The notes under the pieces are model-generated. The model searched no databases and was not told the origin of the DNA. It saw nothing but the letters and a program-made list of their open reading frames with translations. The position numbers were made by a program, and so were the translations under genes. Shown here one piece after another: positions 27,143 to 37,111 of a stretch of 64,000 nt of DNA. Origin of the DNA: an uncultured virus (IMG/VR IMGVR_UViG_3300032291_001634) (taxonomy: Duplodnaviria; Heunggongvirae; Uroviricota; Caudoviricetes); the IMG/VR virus record IMGVR_UViG_3300032291_001634; one strand, written 5' to 3'. How positions within the stretch are numbered: the stretch's first letter is position 1; every line of letters starts with the position of its first letter.

Positions 27143-27449
27143 TCACTTTATCCCATAGTTCTAAGAAGTCTGTCTCCATTAGAATGACATAGTCTTTTCC
27201 GTCCAAATGAATTCCAAATACTGGAAGCCTACCATCCATAATAGCTTCATCGCTGATTTTCTTCAACTCTGCAGAGCTAATAGTTTTAGACTTTTTACCT
27301 GTCCATTTATGTTCAATCAAAAGAGTAGCGCTTCGTACGTCACCTTTACGGGACCAGAAGGCCCCAGATGCGGCCGTGGTTTGCCCTCCTACGGCTTTAG
27401 CGAGACGTTTCTCGTGCTTCTGGGACTGCTTCTGTCCTTCGCTTTTCAC
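27129..27449 (-). CDS. Hjc-like PD-(D/E)xK Holliday junction resolvase
   Basis: HEKRLA, ASGA, KGDV, IEHK. Confidence 0.75.
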   Translation of the reverse strand: MKSEGQKQSQKHEKRLAKAVGGQTTAASGAFWSRKGDVRSATLLIEHKWTGKKSKTISSAELKKISDEAIMDGRLPVFGIHLDGKDYVILMETDFLELWDKVNGNV

Positions 27450-28492
27450 TACTCAGTCACCGCCATAGGGCCTACTGGAGTGGAAAGTACTTTATCACGT
27501 AGCTCTTCAAACAAGTCGACTTCTTCGCGGATGGACGTAACAAGAGCTTCTTGTCCCTGCCACTTACGTTCTCCGTAGTAAATCCATCCTCCACGACGGT
27601 CAACAATTTCTTTAATAATAACCATGGCAGCAACTTCTTTTGCCTTGTCGTATTCACCTGCCTGGTAAATGCTGTGGTCACTAAAGTAGTAATCAATATA
27701 GGCAATCTGCTGTGGTGGGGCAGTCTTATTCTTAATAACACGAATCTTAATGCGCTGTCCTACACGAACTTTATTATTACCTGAACCAGTCTCAATCCAT
27801 TCATCACGCTTAACTTCTGAGCGAGTAAAGTAGGCGTAATCCTTACCTACACCTCCTGGAGTAGTGCGCGGGTCTCCATGCATTACTCCAATCTTCATAC
27901 GCCACTGGTTGATAATAATTCCTAGGATAGGACGCTCATCCTCAGTTAAACTGCGTTTCATAGCCATACCAGCTTTACGGAAGAACTTATTAGTAATAAG
28001 CGCTCCACGACCAACAGTCATTTCGTCCATGTTCTTCTCGTCTTCAGGCCCTGGAACTAGAGCAGGAAGTGAGTCAATAACAATAGCATCAACTGATTTT
28101 GATTCAGCAAATGCTAGTACAGCATCAAATGCTTGCTCCATAATGTTAGTTTCAATAACAATTACCCGAGAGGTGTCTACTCCACACATTTCTGCGTATT
28201 CAGGAACCCACTGCTCAGCGGCTACCCAAACAGTAATATAGTCAAGATTAGCTGCTTGGTTTGCAGCAATAGTCTTAAGAGCAATCGCTGTCTTACCGTG
28301 AGATGGTTCTCCAATTAATTCATTCCATTGGTTAGTAGGAAACCCACCGCCAAGAACGTAGTCGAAAGTTGTTGAGCCAGTAGTAGCACGGCCAATAAGA
28401 CCTTCGCGAATGTTTCCGCCTATTACTACTGAACCTTCTCCTAATTTTTTATTGAGAGATGCCATAATTTTTAATGCTTCGGGATTAATCAT
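27449..28492 (-). CDS. recA: RecA recombinase
   Basis: LGGGFP, GEPSHGKT, IVIDSL.ALVP, INQWR.KIGVMHGDPRTTPGG, KNK.APP. Confidence 0.93.
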   Translation of the reverse strand: MINPEALKIMASLNKKLGEGSVVIGGNIREGLIGRATTGSTTFDYVLGGGFPTNQWNELIGEPSHGKTAIALKTIAANQAANLDYITVWVAAEQWVPEYAEMCGVDTSRVIVIETNIMEQAFDAVLAFAESKSVDAIVIDSLPALVPGPEDEKNMDEMTVGRGALITNKFFRKAGMAMKRSLTEDERPILGIIINQWRMKIGVMHGDPRTTPGGVGKDYAYFTRSEVKRDEWIETGSGNNKVRVGQRIKIRVIKNKTAPPQQIAYIDYYFSDHSIYQAGEYDKAKEVAAMVIIKEIVDRRGGWIYYGERKWQGQEALVTSIREEVDLFEELRDKVLSTPVGPMAVTE

Positions 28493-28622
28493 TTTCTTTT
28501 TCCTTATTTAATTCACGACGTAAACGTTCATTAGTAGATATTGACCAAAATAAACCAATAGTTAAAGTAACAATAATTACTGTTAACACAACTGCTCCAA
28601 ATACATCATAGCTGCTATACAC
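28485..28622 (-). CDS. small membrane protein
   Basis: GTG start with SD GGAGG; one TM segment. Confidence 0.6.
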   Translation of the reverse strand: MYSSYDVFGAVVLTVIIVTLTIGLFWSISTNERLRRELNKEKEND

Positions 28623-28800
28623 GTGCTTCCTCCAGTACGTCGTATAGTGAGATAAATGTAGAGGTACCATTATGTACCCACCATCCTACAGAACCGTTAT
28701 GTGTATCTAATATATTTTGTTCTACTAATATTGTAGCAACCTTTTGTCTTATATCCAAAAAAGTTTTATCTTTAATTAATTCAATTTGTGAGTTATCCAT
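28615..28800 (-). CDS. hypothetical protein
   Basis: operon spacing. Confidence 0.65.
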   Translation of the reverse strand: MDNSQIELIKDKTFLDIRQKVATILVEQNILDTHNGSVGWWVHNGTSTFISLYDVLEEARV

Positions 28801-28804
28801 TTTA

Positions 28805-29194
28805 TTATCCTAACTTTTGTCCGTTGGCACCATAGCCGGCGGGTATTGCACTGAATCCACTGCTTCCACTGTTTCCTGTTGCTGCCTTAGTATCTCCCGT
28901 AACGTTCGCACCAGCGAGACCACCGTAACGTGAGCCAGATTGTTGTACGGGATACCCGCAGTCGTAACAACGGAATGCCGTTTGAGGAGTTGCAGAAAAG
29001 TAATTGCCCGACCCGCAGTCAGGGCAAGAAGCAGTTTGTTTAGCCGATTGCGCTTTAGTTTCCTGTTGTTGTGGAAAGGAAGGCATCGACTGCATAGGTT
29101 GTTGTGAAGGGGGCATTGTTGGAGTTGGGTCAGGACGTCCTTGAGGAGCTTGTGGTTGCCCTAGCTTTTTAGCCCACCAATCTGCGTTGTTCAT
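28805..29194 (-). CDS. zinc-ribbon protein with Pro/Gln-rich N-terminus
   Basis: CPDCGSGNY...RCYDCGYP. Confidence 0.8.
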   Translation of the reverse strand: MNNADWWAKKLGQPQAPQGRPDPTPTMPPSQQPMQSMPSFPQQQETKAQSAKQTASCPDCGSGNYFSATPQTAFRCYDCGYPVQQSGSRYGGLAGANVTGDTKAATGNSGSSGFSAIPAGYGANGQKLG

Positions 29195-29619
29195 TTCTTT
29201 TTTCCTTTCGGGAGCTTTAGGAGCCCCATATCAACTAGCTGAGATACTGAACCAAGTAAAGCTGACATAGCAACCTGTTCAAGAATCTTGCGTGATTCCC
29301 ACCAAGTTTCGCTAGTTAGTCCTTCTATCTCTTTATTAATATTTGATTTTTGATACTCAATAGAGCTTTCAGCCAATGCATGAGCCTGAGCAAATAGGAG
29401 TGGAACTAGATGTGAAATACGGTCAACACGTTTGTCGCTTTCATCTTCTTCCATTTCCTTTAGTTCTTCACTCAAAGGTGAGCACCCTAATATTACCGCT
29501 AACTCATGAGCATTTTGAATCTGTGAGTCTATTAAAAACCCACGTAAACGAGATGTCACTTCGGATAAAGACACTGGGTCATTTACTTTTTTATTCTTTT
29601 TCTTTTTCTTCTTTGACAT
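29191..29619 (-). CDS. hypothetical protein
   Basis: TAATG-coupled to the polA stop. Confidence 0.75.
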   Translation of the reverse strand: MSKKKKKKNKKVNDPVSLSEVTSRLRGFLIDSQIQNAHELAVILGCSPLSEELKEMEEDESDKRVDRISHLVPLLFAQAHALAESSIEYQKSNINKEIEGLTSETWWESRKILEQVAMSALLGSVSQLVDMGLLKLPKGKKK

Positions 29620-31610
29620 TACTTTGCCTCTCCCCACTTGTCAACTATTTGCACGTCAGCAAGAAGTGGGACCTTGATTTGCTTGAGGTGGATACCCTCC
29701 ATAGATTGGCGGATTGCATTTGCTACTTCTTCTGCTTTGTACTCTGGGGTAATAGTTACCAATTCGTCGTGTACAGTCAGAATAACATTTACTTCTGGGT
29801 CATCTTTGAAGCATGAGTGAGCCCTGATAAGAGCTAGCTTCATAATATCTGCAGCAGAACCCTGAATCATGGTGTTAAAAGCTTGACGCTCTGCACGACC
29901 CAACATACTAAAGTCTTTTGACAATAGCTCAGGAATGTAACGACGACGACCGAACATAGTCTCTACAAATGGTATCTTACCCGCATCTTTTGCCATACGA
30001 ATAACCTTGGCCTTGTATTTTGATATAGACGAAAACTCTGCTTCAAAACGATTCAATAAGTCTTTTGCTTCTTTTACAGAACAACCGACAGAGGCAGCAA
30101 TCTTGTCAGGTCCTACACCATACGAAATAGCAAGTACTAGAACTTTACCAGCTTTACGGTCAACCCCCATAGTTTCACCAATTGCGGTATAGACGTCACC
30201 ACCATCCATATAGTTCTTTACAAGAACCTCGTCATCTGAGAAAGATGCGATAATACGTGGCTCAATTTGAGAGTAGTCAGCTACTACTAACTTGTGTCCT
30301 GGAGGAGCAACAAAAAGATTACGAACTAATTTACCGTAGTCTCCTGATGACGGAATATTCTGTAGGTTAGGCTCGCTAGATGAAAACCTACCAGTTTCTG
30401 CACCATGCGCTTTGAAGTTAGTGTGTACACGGCCATTGATTAGGAGACTCTTACGTTCTTCAATCTTTACTTTACCATTAGTTGTACGCTTGACTTCTCC
30501 GCCTGTGTAAGGCGTTACATATGTAGTCATAAGTTTATTTAAGTCTTGATACTGCAACAAAGCGTCTACTAAGTCATCTTTACCACGATAAAATTCTAGT
30601 GCCTCGGCTGAGACCGAGTAATGGGCCTGGTTTAGTTCTTCCTTATTCTTCTGAGCTTCAAACCCCTTAGGAGTTAGAACGTGTTTAAATTTAGTATTAG
30701 GACGAATACGAGGTGAAGCTCCACCAAACAACAGTTCTTGCTTTGCTGGAACTGAGTTGATAGAGAACGCTTTGCCAGCAATTTTGTAGCAACGAGCCTC
30801 AGCATCCTGCTTGCCCTTTTCAATCTCTTGAGCAAGAATTTTAAGAGCATCTTGGTCAATATAAGCCCCAGTTAACTCCATATCACATAGAGCAACTAGC
30901 ACATCCATCTCCAAGGTCCAGACCCTCTGTAGGTTTCCAGTAATCTTTGGAGCCAATGCTTGGTATAGTTTCCAAGTTAGCTCTGCATCAATACCGGAAT
31001 AATTAGCAACCTCAGAAAAACTGTGTAGAGCAACGTTTTCTCCAACGCCCTTTTCCATGTCTATGTGCAGCTCTCTCAGAACGCAAGACTTCAAACCTAA
31101 ATCAAATTTATTAAGATTATTAATAATAAAAGATGCCATCAGAGTGTCAAAATGTGGGCCTGTAGGTACACGGCCAGAGTAGTACTTTGCAACTGATTTT
31201 AAATCAAACTTTGCGTTGTGTGCAATTTTAAGAGCAGGACCAAACATAACGGGTTCAATAGCGTCAAACACTTGACGAGGAGTCAGTTGAACTGGTGGTT
31301 CACCAAACTTGGCAGTCCACTTACGTTCATCTTTAGAGTAGTGTGAATCAAGTATAGGCTTACCTTCGGCAAGACGACGCTGGCCCTGTAAAAGAAGAGG
31401 CTTGTCATGTCCTTGAAGTTCACCATTAGGGTGACCCATAGGAATAACGTCTACACGACCTTCGGTCGCAAAAGAAATCCAACAGACATCGTTAATGACT
31501 GGATATAGGCGATTATCGCCGATTGTTTCTACGTCAAATGCAAACGCATCGACTTTGGAGTAGTACTCCACAAATTCTTGTAACTGTTCAACAGTTGTAA
31601 TGATGTTCAT
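29619..31610 (-). CDS. polA: family A DNA polymerase with 3'-5' exonuclease
   Basis: DVET, HNAKFD, ETGRFSSSEPNLQNIP, DYSQIEPR, motif B RKAGKVLVLAISYG, TVHDEL. Confidence 0.95.
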   Translation of the reverse strand: MNIITTVEQLQEFVEYYSKVDAFAFDVETIGDNRLYPVINDVCWISFATEGRVDVIPMGHPNGELQGHDKPLLLQGQRRLAEGKPILDSHYSKDERKWTAKFGEPPVQLTPRQVFDAIEPVMFGPALKIAHNAKFDLKSVAKYYSGRVPTGPHFDTLMASFIINNLNKFDLGLKSCVLRELHIDMEKGVGENVALHSFSEVANYSGIDAELTWKLYQALAPKITGNLQRVWTLEMDVLVALCDMELTGAYIDQDALKILAQEIEKGKQDAEARCYKIAGKAFSINSVPAKQELLFGGASPRIRPNTKFKHVLTPKGFEAQKNKEELNQAHYSVSAEALEFYRGKDDLVDALLQYQDLNKLMTTYVTPYTGGEVKRTTNGKVKIEERKSLLINGRVHTNFKAHGAETGRFSSSEPNLQNIPSSGDYGKLVRNLFVAPPGHKLVVADYSQIEPRIIASFSDDEVLVKNYMDGGDVYTAIGETMGVDRKAGKVLVLAISYGVGPDKIAASVGCSVKEAKDLLNRFEAEFSSISKYKAKVIRMAKDAGKIPFVETMFGRRRYIPELLSKDFSMLGRAERQAFNTMIQGSAADIMKLALIRAHSCFKDDPEVNVILTVHDELVTITPEYKAEEVANAIRQSMEGIHLKQIKVPLLADVQIVDKWGEAK

Positions 31611-31630
31611 AAGAGCCCCTTATAGAAAGA

Positions 31631-31676
31631 GTGGAGGGTCAGGTAGAAAGGCGTTTCAAAAACCCTGACCCCCCAC
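31631..31676 (-). terminator. stem-loop (terminator/attenuator) between ssb and polA
   Basis: GTGGGGGGTCAGG / CCTGACCCTCCAC 13 bp stem (one G-U) with inner GAAA-CGCC-TTTC, followed by TCTTTCT. Confidence 0.65.
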
Positions 31677-31688
31677 ATTAGTGAGTGG

Positions 31689-32345
31689 TTAGGAAATGAG
31701 CTGGCGAGCAACCTTTAGCAAGTCTTCGCGGGGGCTCACGTAGACTGCGCTCTTGTCATATGCTACCGCAGTAGCTGAGAAAGCGATAATGCTTTCATCG
31801 TCCAGCTCCCACTCGTCTGCAAGGTCAGTACCACGTACACGGTCAAGTGTGTATTGGGTTGTGTTACCTGAACCTGTGCGAGAGACAGCCCAGTAGTACT
31901 TAGTTAGTGGACCACGACGTGGGTCATCGTTTGCAGCCTGTAGCTGACGAGCGAATGACGGTGGCGCAGTCATAATCTGTACGTTTGGTTCACCGTCAGA
32001 TAGAACGATGATGTTGAATGCGAACTTAGGGCGAGGCTTGTCACCAGCAATAGTACATAGTGGACACTCGTCACCTAGACAAACAAATGAACGACGGCCT
32101 TCCTTGATGGCATCAATCCAGTGCATTTCGTAAACTGCAAATGGCTCATCCTGCATAAAGCGGACAAGTTGTGCCTGGTCGCTGAAACGGAAGTCTGTCG
32201 GGTAATCCCCTGCTTCACGCTTTGGCTTTAGTGCTGTTGCAGCAGCTCCCCATCCAGACTGGACAGTGGTGCCGTGCTTTGGAGCAATGTCAACGGTGTC
32301 TTCGGCTAGGTAGCTGTCTGCGTTAACGCTTGGTGAGTATGTCAT
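31689..32345 (-). CDS. single-stranded DNA-binding protein (T4 gp32-like)
   Basis: LVRF, HW, FVCLGDECPLC, SRTGSG..TQY; next to polA. Confidence 0.7.
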   Translation of the reverse strand: MTYSPSVNADSYLAEDTVDIAPKHGTTVQSGWGAAATALKPKREAGDYPTDFRFSDQAQLVRFMQDEPFAVYEMHWIDAIKEGRRSFVCLGDECPLCTIAGDKPRPKFAFNIIVLSDGEPNVQIMTAPPSFARQLQAANDDPRRGPLTKYYWAVSRTGSGNTTQYTLDRVRGTDLADEWELDDESIIAFSATAVAYDKSAVYVSPREDLLKVARQLIS

Positions 32346-32412
32346 AATTTACTTTCTTTGTCTTGAGTCTTGCGACTACTTTATTTACTTGAGGCAATCT
32401 GCCTACTATTAC

Positions 32413-32442
32413 ATTATAGTGCGTCTTTCCATCTTTGCACAA
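32413..32442 (-). promoter_or_regulatory. possible promoter for ssb-polA
   Basis: TTGTGC-N18-TATAAT, with the -10 overlapping the upstream stop codon. Confidence 0.45.
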
Positions 32443-32884
32443 GTGTTTCTGTTAAATCGTGCAAGTCTTTCCATTCAACACGGGCGGAACCAAGTAGTCC
32501 ACGTTTTGCGAACTCCTCAATAGAAATCTCGATTAGACGACGTGTATAAACGCGATTCCCATTTACCTTTTTACCATTAAGTGATTTAGAACGCAAGCGA
32601 TATGGAGCAATTGGTATGTACCCTTTTTTCTCCCACAAACGGATAGTAACTACTTGTTTGTCTAAAGCTTGAGCTAAAGCCTTAATAGTAAAAACCTCTG
32701 TTTCAACTCCCTTTAGAGTCTTAATGATGGGATTTGCATCCCAACCATTAGACTCACCAGAAGCTATTTTACGACGTTTATCTGCTACTGGAGTAGATTC
32801 ACGACGCTTTTGCTTTGAACCGGGTGCGCGGTCTAGACCCTCAAACGCTTTGAGGATGTCTGCATCACTACGCATACCTGGCAT
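32414..32884 (-). CDS. MerR-like winged HTH DNA-binding protein
   Basis: FTIKALAQALDKQVVTIRLWEKKGYIP...RVYT. Confidence 0.8.
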   Translation of the reverse strand: MPGMRSDADILKAFEGLDRAPGSKQKRRESTPVADKRRKIASGESNGWDANPIIKTLKGVETEVFTIKALAQALDKQVVTIRLWEKKGYIPIAPYRLRSKSLNGKKVNGNRVYTRRLIEISIEEFAKRGLLGSARVEWKDLHDLTETLVQRWKDAL

Positions 32885-32887
32885 GTG

Positions 32888-33328
32888 TTACTTCTTTACT
32901 GTACGTAGAGCCCAAGTCACTGTGACTGGGAACATTTCGTCTAGTTGTTCTTCTGTAAGCTTGTCTTGATAATAAGCGGCCATTAGTGCGTCTTCATTAA
33001 TAACACGTTTCATTTCGTAAACGTCATCACCAAGACCTACTTCATCAATAATCTCTTCTGCACGGAACTCATTTAGTTTACGGCTAGAACGACGCTGTTT
33101 TTCTAAACGAACAACGCTATCAACAGGAGTCTCAAGGTCAAACTGAAGGTTGCCCTTTTCGTCCTCAAGTCCTTCATCATCTAGAACTGCAAACAACTTT
33201 TCACGAAGCTCTTTAGCACGAGCCTCAAAGATTTCCATTGAGCTTTTGATTTTTACATACTCGCGTACCTGTGAGTTAAAGTCATCAGGGTTATAAATGC
33301 GTCCTTCTTCGGGAATTAGATTTGCCAT
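32888..33328 (-). CDS. hypothetical protein
   Basis: 146 aa, SD AGGAGG. Confidence 0.8.
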   Translation of the reverse strand: MANLIPEEGRIYNPDDFNSQVREYVKIKSSMEIFEARAKELREKLFAVLDDEGLEDEKGNLQFDLETPVDSVVRLEKQRRSSRKLNEFRAEEIIDEVGLGDDVYEMKRVINEDALMAAYYQDKLTEEQLDEMFPVTVTWALRTVKK

Positions 33329-33337
33329 TATTGCCTC

Positions 33338-34888
33338 CTATAGTAATTTGTTTGTTAAGAAGTCTATCAGACTTCCAACAGTTAAGTCAACTCCACCTTT
33401 AGAATTGATGTTAGCTCCATCTAGGATTGCTCCTGCAACAGCGCCCTTTTGCTTAAGCATAGCGTATTGACGCTGCTCAATTGAACCAGTAACTAGTATA
33501 TCTTGAATTGTTATTGTTGTCCAATCACTGGACGTACGATTAATCCTACCATTACGTTGGACAGAAAGTCCAGAGCTCCATGGCTGGTCATAGTTTACCA
33601 AAAGATTAGCTTGAGGTAAATCAACACCATAACCACCTGCGTCGGAACTAACCAATACGCGAACATCAGCTCCCGTTTGAAATCTGACCTTGGCGTCTTC
33701 TTTTTGCTTTGCATTCATCTCTCCTGTGTATGCTACTGCTTTAATATTGTTTTTCTCAAGTTCTTTAACTATAGAATCTACAGAGTCTAAGTAAGATGAA
33801 AATACTACTGCTTTGTATGAATCTGCGATGTTTAAATGTTCCTTAAGATAAGTAACAGTATAGTCCAGTTTATTATTCCTAGTCAAACCGTTTAATAGCT
33901 CTCCTAGGGAATGGATGTACATACTTCCACCGGTTTGTTTCTCAAAGTTAGCTGCGCTTTTTACTAAAGATGCTGGACTAGAACACAGCATTCGTAGTGC
34001 ACCAATTCTAGACATAATTTGCCCCCGCAGTTCATTAGCTGGGTCACCTGCATCATATGTCTGCCCGTAATGGGCTGCAAGATTGAAATTAGCCCCAAAC
34101 ATTTCTCGTGCGTCCATAAGTAAGGTGTATAAATCTTCCGATATATATTTGTATACTTTTGCTGAATTACTGTCTAGGTTTACTAACAAAGGCTCTCGGT
34201 ATACTGCATCTGGAAGGTAAGGCTTTACATCCTCATCCTTTTGAGACTTTCGTACAGAATGTTTAACTAATATATCGTGCAATGTTTGCAGGTTTCGGTA
34301 TCTTTGTACTCCACCAAAATGATTTCGTACAATAAATGTCTTGTCAAACAAATCAAATCTGCCAAGTACCTTAGGGTCAATAAACTGCATAATAGAGTAA
34401 ACCTCTTCAGGTTTACCATTCTCAATTGGTGTTCCAGTTAAAGCAAATCTAATAGGGATGTTTTTAGATAGGTCTTTAACCTTCTTAGCTCGCTTAGCTC
34501 GGAACCCTTTAATTGCAGTTGCCTCATCGCAAACCACAGCTTCAAAATCAAACGTTTTAAGCATATCCCAGTCGTTAACTACCTGCTCGTAGTTCATAAT
34601 AATATAGTTGTGCTCTCCAGCAGTTGCATATTGTTTAAATCGTTGAGTTGGTGTGCCATCAATAACAATAGCTGTAGAGTCGCTAAACTTTTCAATCTCT
34701 TTTTGCCACTGATATTTTAGGCTAGCAAGGCACAGTACAAGAGTAAGTTTAGGTTTAAGGGCTTCAATAGCCGCAATAGTCATAGGAGTTTTTCCTAGAC
34801 CCATTTCGTAAGCAACAAGGATACGTTGCTGGGAAACCATTTTCTTAACGGCTTCAGTTTGGTATGGTTTCAGTGTCCCTTTGAACAT
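33338..34888 (-). CDS. SNF2-family helicase
   Basis: LKPYQ, EMGLGKT, DEAT, LTGTPIEN, GYGVDL, QRNGRINR. Confidence 0.92.
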   Translation of the reverse strand: MFKGTLKPYQTEAVKKMVSQQRILVAYEMGLGKTPMTIAAIEALKPKLTLVLCLASLKYQWQKEIEKFSDSTAIVIDGTPTQRFKQYATAGEHNYIIMNYEQVVNDWDMLKTFDFEAVVCDEATAIKGFRAKRAKKVKDLSKNIPIRFALTGTPIENGKPEEVYSIMQFIDPKVLGRFDLFDKTFIVRNHFGGVQRYRNLQTLHDILVKHSVRKSQKDEDVKPYLPDAVYREPLLVNLDSNSAKVYKYISEDLYTLLMDAREMFGANFNLAAHYGQTYDAGDPANELRGQIMSRIGALRMLCSSPASLVKSAANFEKQTGGSMYIHSLGELLNGLTRNNKLDYTVTYLKEHLNIADSYKAVVFSSYLDSVDSIVKELEKNNIKAVAYTGEMNAKQKEDAKVRFQTGADVRVLVSSDAGGYGVDLPQANLLVNYDQPWSSGLSVQRNGRINRTSSDWTTITIQDILVTGSIEQRQYAMLKQKGAVAGAILDGANINSKGGVDLTVGSLIDFLTNKLL

Positions 34889-35849
34889 ATGCAGATTCTC
34901 CAAGTATTGACGATTTAGCGGCTGCTATTCCCCAAATAATCTCTTCATCTGTCAAGTCACCTGGGTCTTTTGCTCCACTATAAGGATAGCTGAAAAAGAA
35001 CAGATTTAAACCGTATTTACGAGCAAGCTTACGTAGCTCCTCGGATGCTTTGTATCCAGCTGCATCATTATCAAACGCAGCAATAATTTTGTCTGAACGC
35101 CTAAGGAGTTTTACTTGGTCTTCTGATATTGACGACCCACAGATAGCAACCGCTCCTGCAAATCCAGCACTAGCAATACGAGCAGTATCAAGGGGAGACT
35201 CGACAACAATAACAACTTCTTCATTTTGATTCTCAATTCCAAATAATGTCCTAGACTTTTGTAGTCCACCCGGACGGTTGAAGAACGTACGGTGTACAGT
35301 TCCTTTTTCTTGCCACCCCATCAACTTGTTGTTTTCTGGTTCACGTAGAGGCAAAATCCAAGTTGCTTTTTTCTCATCCCACAGAATGCCATACTGCTCT
35401 GCAACCTCAGCAGTAATATTACGTTTAGCTAGCTCTTCAGCTGGTGGAGAAACAAACACAGCGAGGCGTGCCTCTGACATCTCCAGCGGTTTAGGAATAG
35501 CTTCCATGCGATTTGGTAACGACTGCACCATCTCAAGCAACTTCTCAATAGGAATCTCAGAAACCTGAGACAACCACAGACGAGCAGCTACGTAGTCATA
35601 AGTGTAGTCCTTGCCCCAGACATCCTTGTAGAACTCATTCACATCGCAAACAAGTTGCATCAAGTTACCCTTGTATCCACAAGAGAAACAAATGTGCATA
35701 CCAGTCTCGGTGTTAATCCACCAAGACGGAGAGTTGTCTACACGTCCAGTACGAGCATGATGCATTGGGCACAGAGCGTGAGACTCTACACCACGTTCAT
35801 CATGCTCAATACCGAGAGCATCAAGAACTAAAAGGATGTCAACTAGCAT
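34854..35849 (-). CDS. DNA primase (zinc finger + TOPRIM)
   Basis: CPMH...CFSCG, VESPLD, FDNDAAG, KDPGD. Confidence 0.92.
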   Translation of the reverse strand: MLVDILLVLDALGIEHDERGVESHALCPMHHARTGRVDNSPSWWINTETGMHICFSCGYKGNLMQLVCDVNEFYKDVWGKDYTYDYVAARLWLSQVSEIPIEKLLEMVQSLPNRMEAIPKPLEMSEARLAVFVSPPAEELAKRNITAEVAEQYGILWDEKKATWILPLREPENNKLMGWQEKGTVHRTFFNRPGGLQKSRTLFGIENQNEEVVIVVESPLDTARIASAGFAGAVAICGSSISEDQVKLLRRSDKIIAAFDNDAAGYKASEELRKLARKYGLNLFFFSYPYSGAKDPGDLTDEEIIWGIAAAKSSILGESAYVQRDTETIPN

Positions 35850-37102
35850 TAGTATTTACCTGACCAAGGAGTACAGAACTTACAAGAACCAGCCGCACTC
35901 TCGTCGTGGAAACAACCTGTGTCCCACTTCCAAGTAATCGATGTCTCCGATGGAGGACAGTTACGAGCCTGTACAACTTTCAAAACACGAATCTCGTCAT
36001 CAGCCTCAACTGGCTCAAGACCAAGAATAACATCTGAGTCCTGGAAGAATGATGATGAATAACCAATTGAGTCAGCTGACACCTTGCCACCTTTCATCTT
36101 CCACAACAATGTTTGTGTTGTAACGATAACCGGAATGTTAAGCTTCTGAGCCACACGCTTCAATGCACGAGTAATATTAGTCAACGCCTGTGGTGTGTTA
36201 GCATCGCCCGTCACCTGGTCCATCATCAAATAGACACCATCCACAAAAAGTACGTCCGGCTTGAGCTGCTCTGCCTTAGCGACAAGTGAATCTACTGTCA
36301 GACCGTTTACAGCGTCTACCAGATGGAAAGGATGCTCAGTCTTCATGTCATCATAAAGCTTCAAAAGACGAGTCTCTTCAGTTGAGTTCAACTTACCGCG
36401 ACGCAAACGACCATTAGAAACGTGTGCACGCATCGAGTCATGGCGTTGAGACTGCTCATGGTTATTCATCTCAAAAGACTGGAACATAGGCACCAGACCC
36501 GCTGCATGGACGTTTATGGCCATCTGTAGGGCAATCTGTGACTTACCAGTCTTAGGAGGTGCAATCACAGTAATAAGCTGTCCACCCTGCAGTCCTGCAG
36601 TAGCCTCATCAATCTTTAGGAAGCCAGTAGGAACACCCAACATCTTGGCATTTACTAGCTCTTCATACTCTAGCCAACGACGGTCAGGGTCCTTGCTGAG
36701 GTCAACGTGAGTAGTACCAATAACACCCTGCTCATTCACAAGAGCAATAGCTTTAGACATCTCTGTCAAAGCTGACTCGTGGTCATTGCTGTTTAGTGCA
36801 AGAACGACGTCTTCAACGCTGTTACGAGTTAAAGTACGACGACGGAACTCAACCATCTTGTCAATCAAATAGTCAAGAGTATCTTCTACAACTAGAGTCT
36901 TGAAGTTAGGAAAGTTGTCGTTTACAGCTACGGCTGTAGGAACCTCACGGTAATTGGTGTAGTGTTCACGAACAAACTTCCACACACGGCGCAAGTCATC
37001 ATCAACAATCCAATCATCTTTGATTCCACGCTCTAGTACAGGGATAATGTCCCTATCAATAATAACCTTGCTAACTAAACGGTACTCGTTATCTGCTGCC
37101 AT
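35849..37102 (-). CDS. dnaB: DnaB-like replicative helicase
   Basis: GVPTGF..ID..T.GL, APPKTGKS, SFEM, FVDGVYLM, QDSD. Confidence 0.92.
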   Translation of the reverse strand: MAADNEYRLVSKVIIDRDIIPVLERGIKDDWIVDDDLRRVWKFVREHYTNYREVPTAVAVNDNFPNFKTLVVEDTLDYLIDKMVEFRRRTLTRNSVEDVVLALNSNDHESALTEMSKAIALVNEQGVIGTTHVDLSKDPDRRWLEYEELVNAKMLGVPTGFLKIDEATAGLQGGQLITVIAPPKTGKSQIALQMAINVHAAGLVPMFQSFEMNNHEQSQRHDSMRAHVSNGRLRRGKLNSTEETRLLKLYDDMKTEHPFHLVDAVNGLTVDSLVAKAEQLKPDVLFVDGVYLMMDQVTGDANTPQALTNITRALKRVAQKLNIPVIVTTQTLLWKMKGGKVSADSIGYSSSFFQDSDVILGLEPVEADDEIRVLKVVQARNCPPSETSITWKWDTGCFHDESAAGSCKFCTPWSGKY

Positions 37103-37111
37103 TTCATCCTC

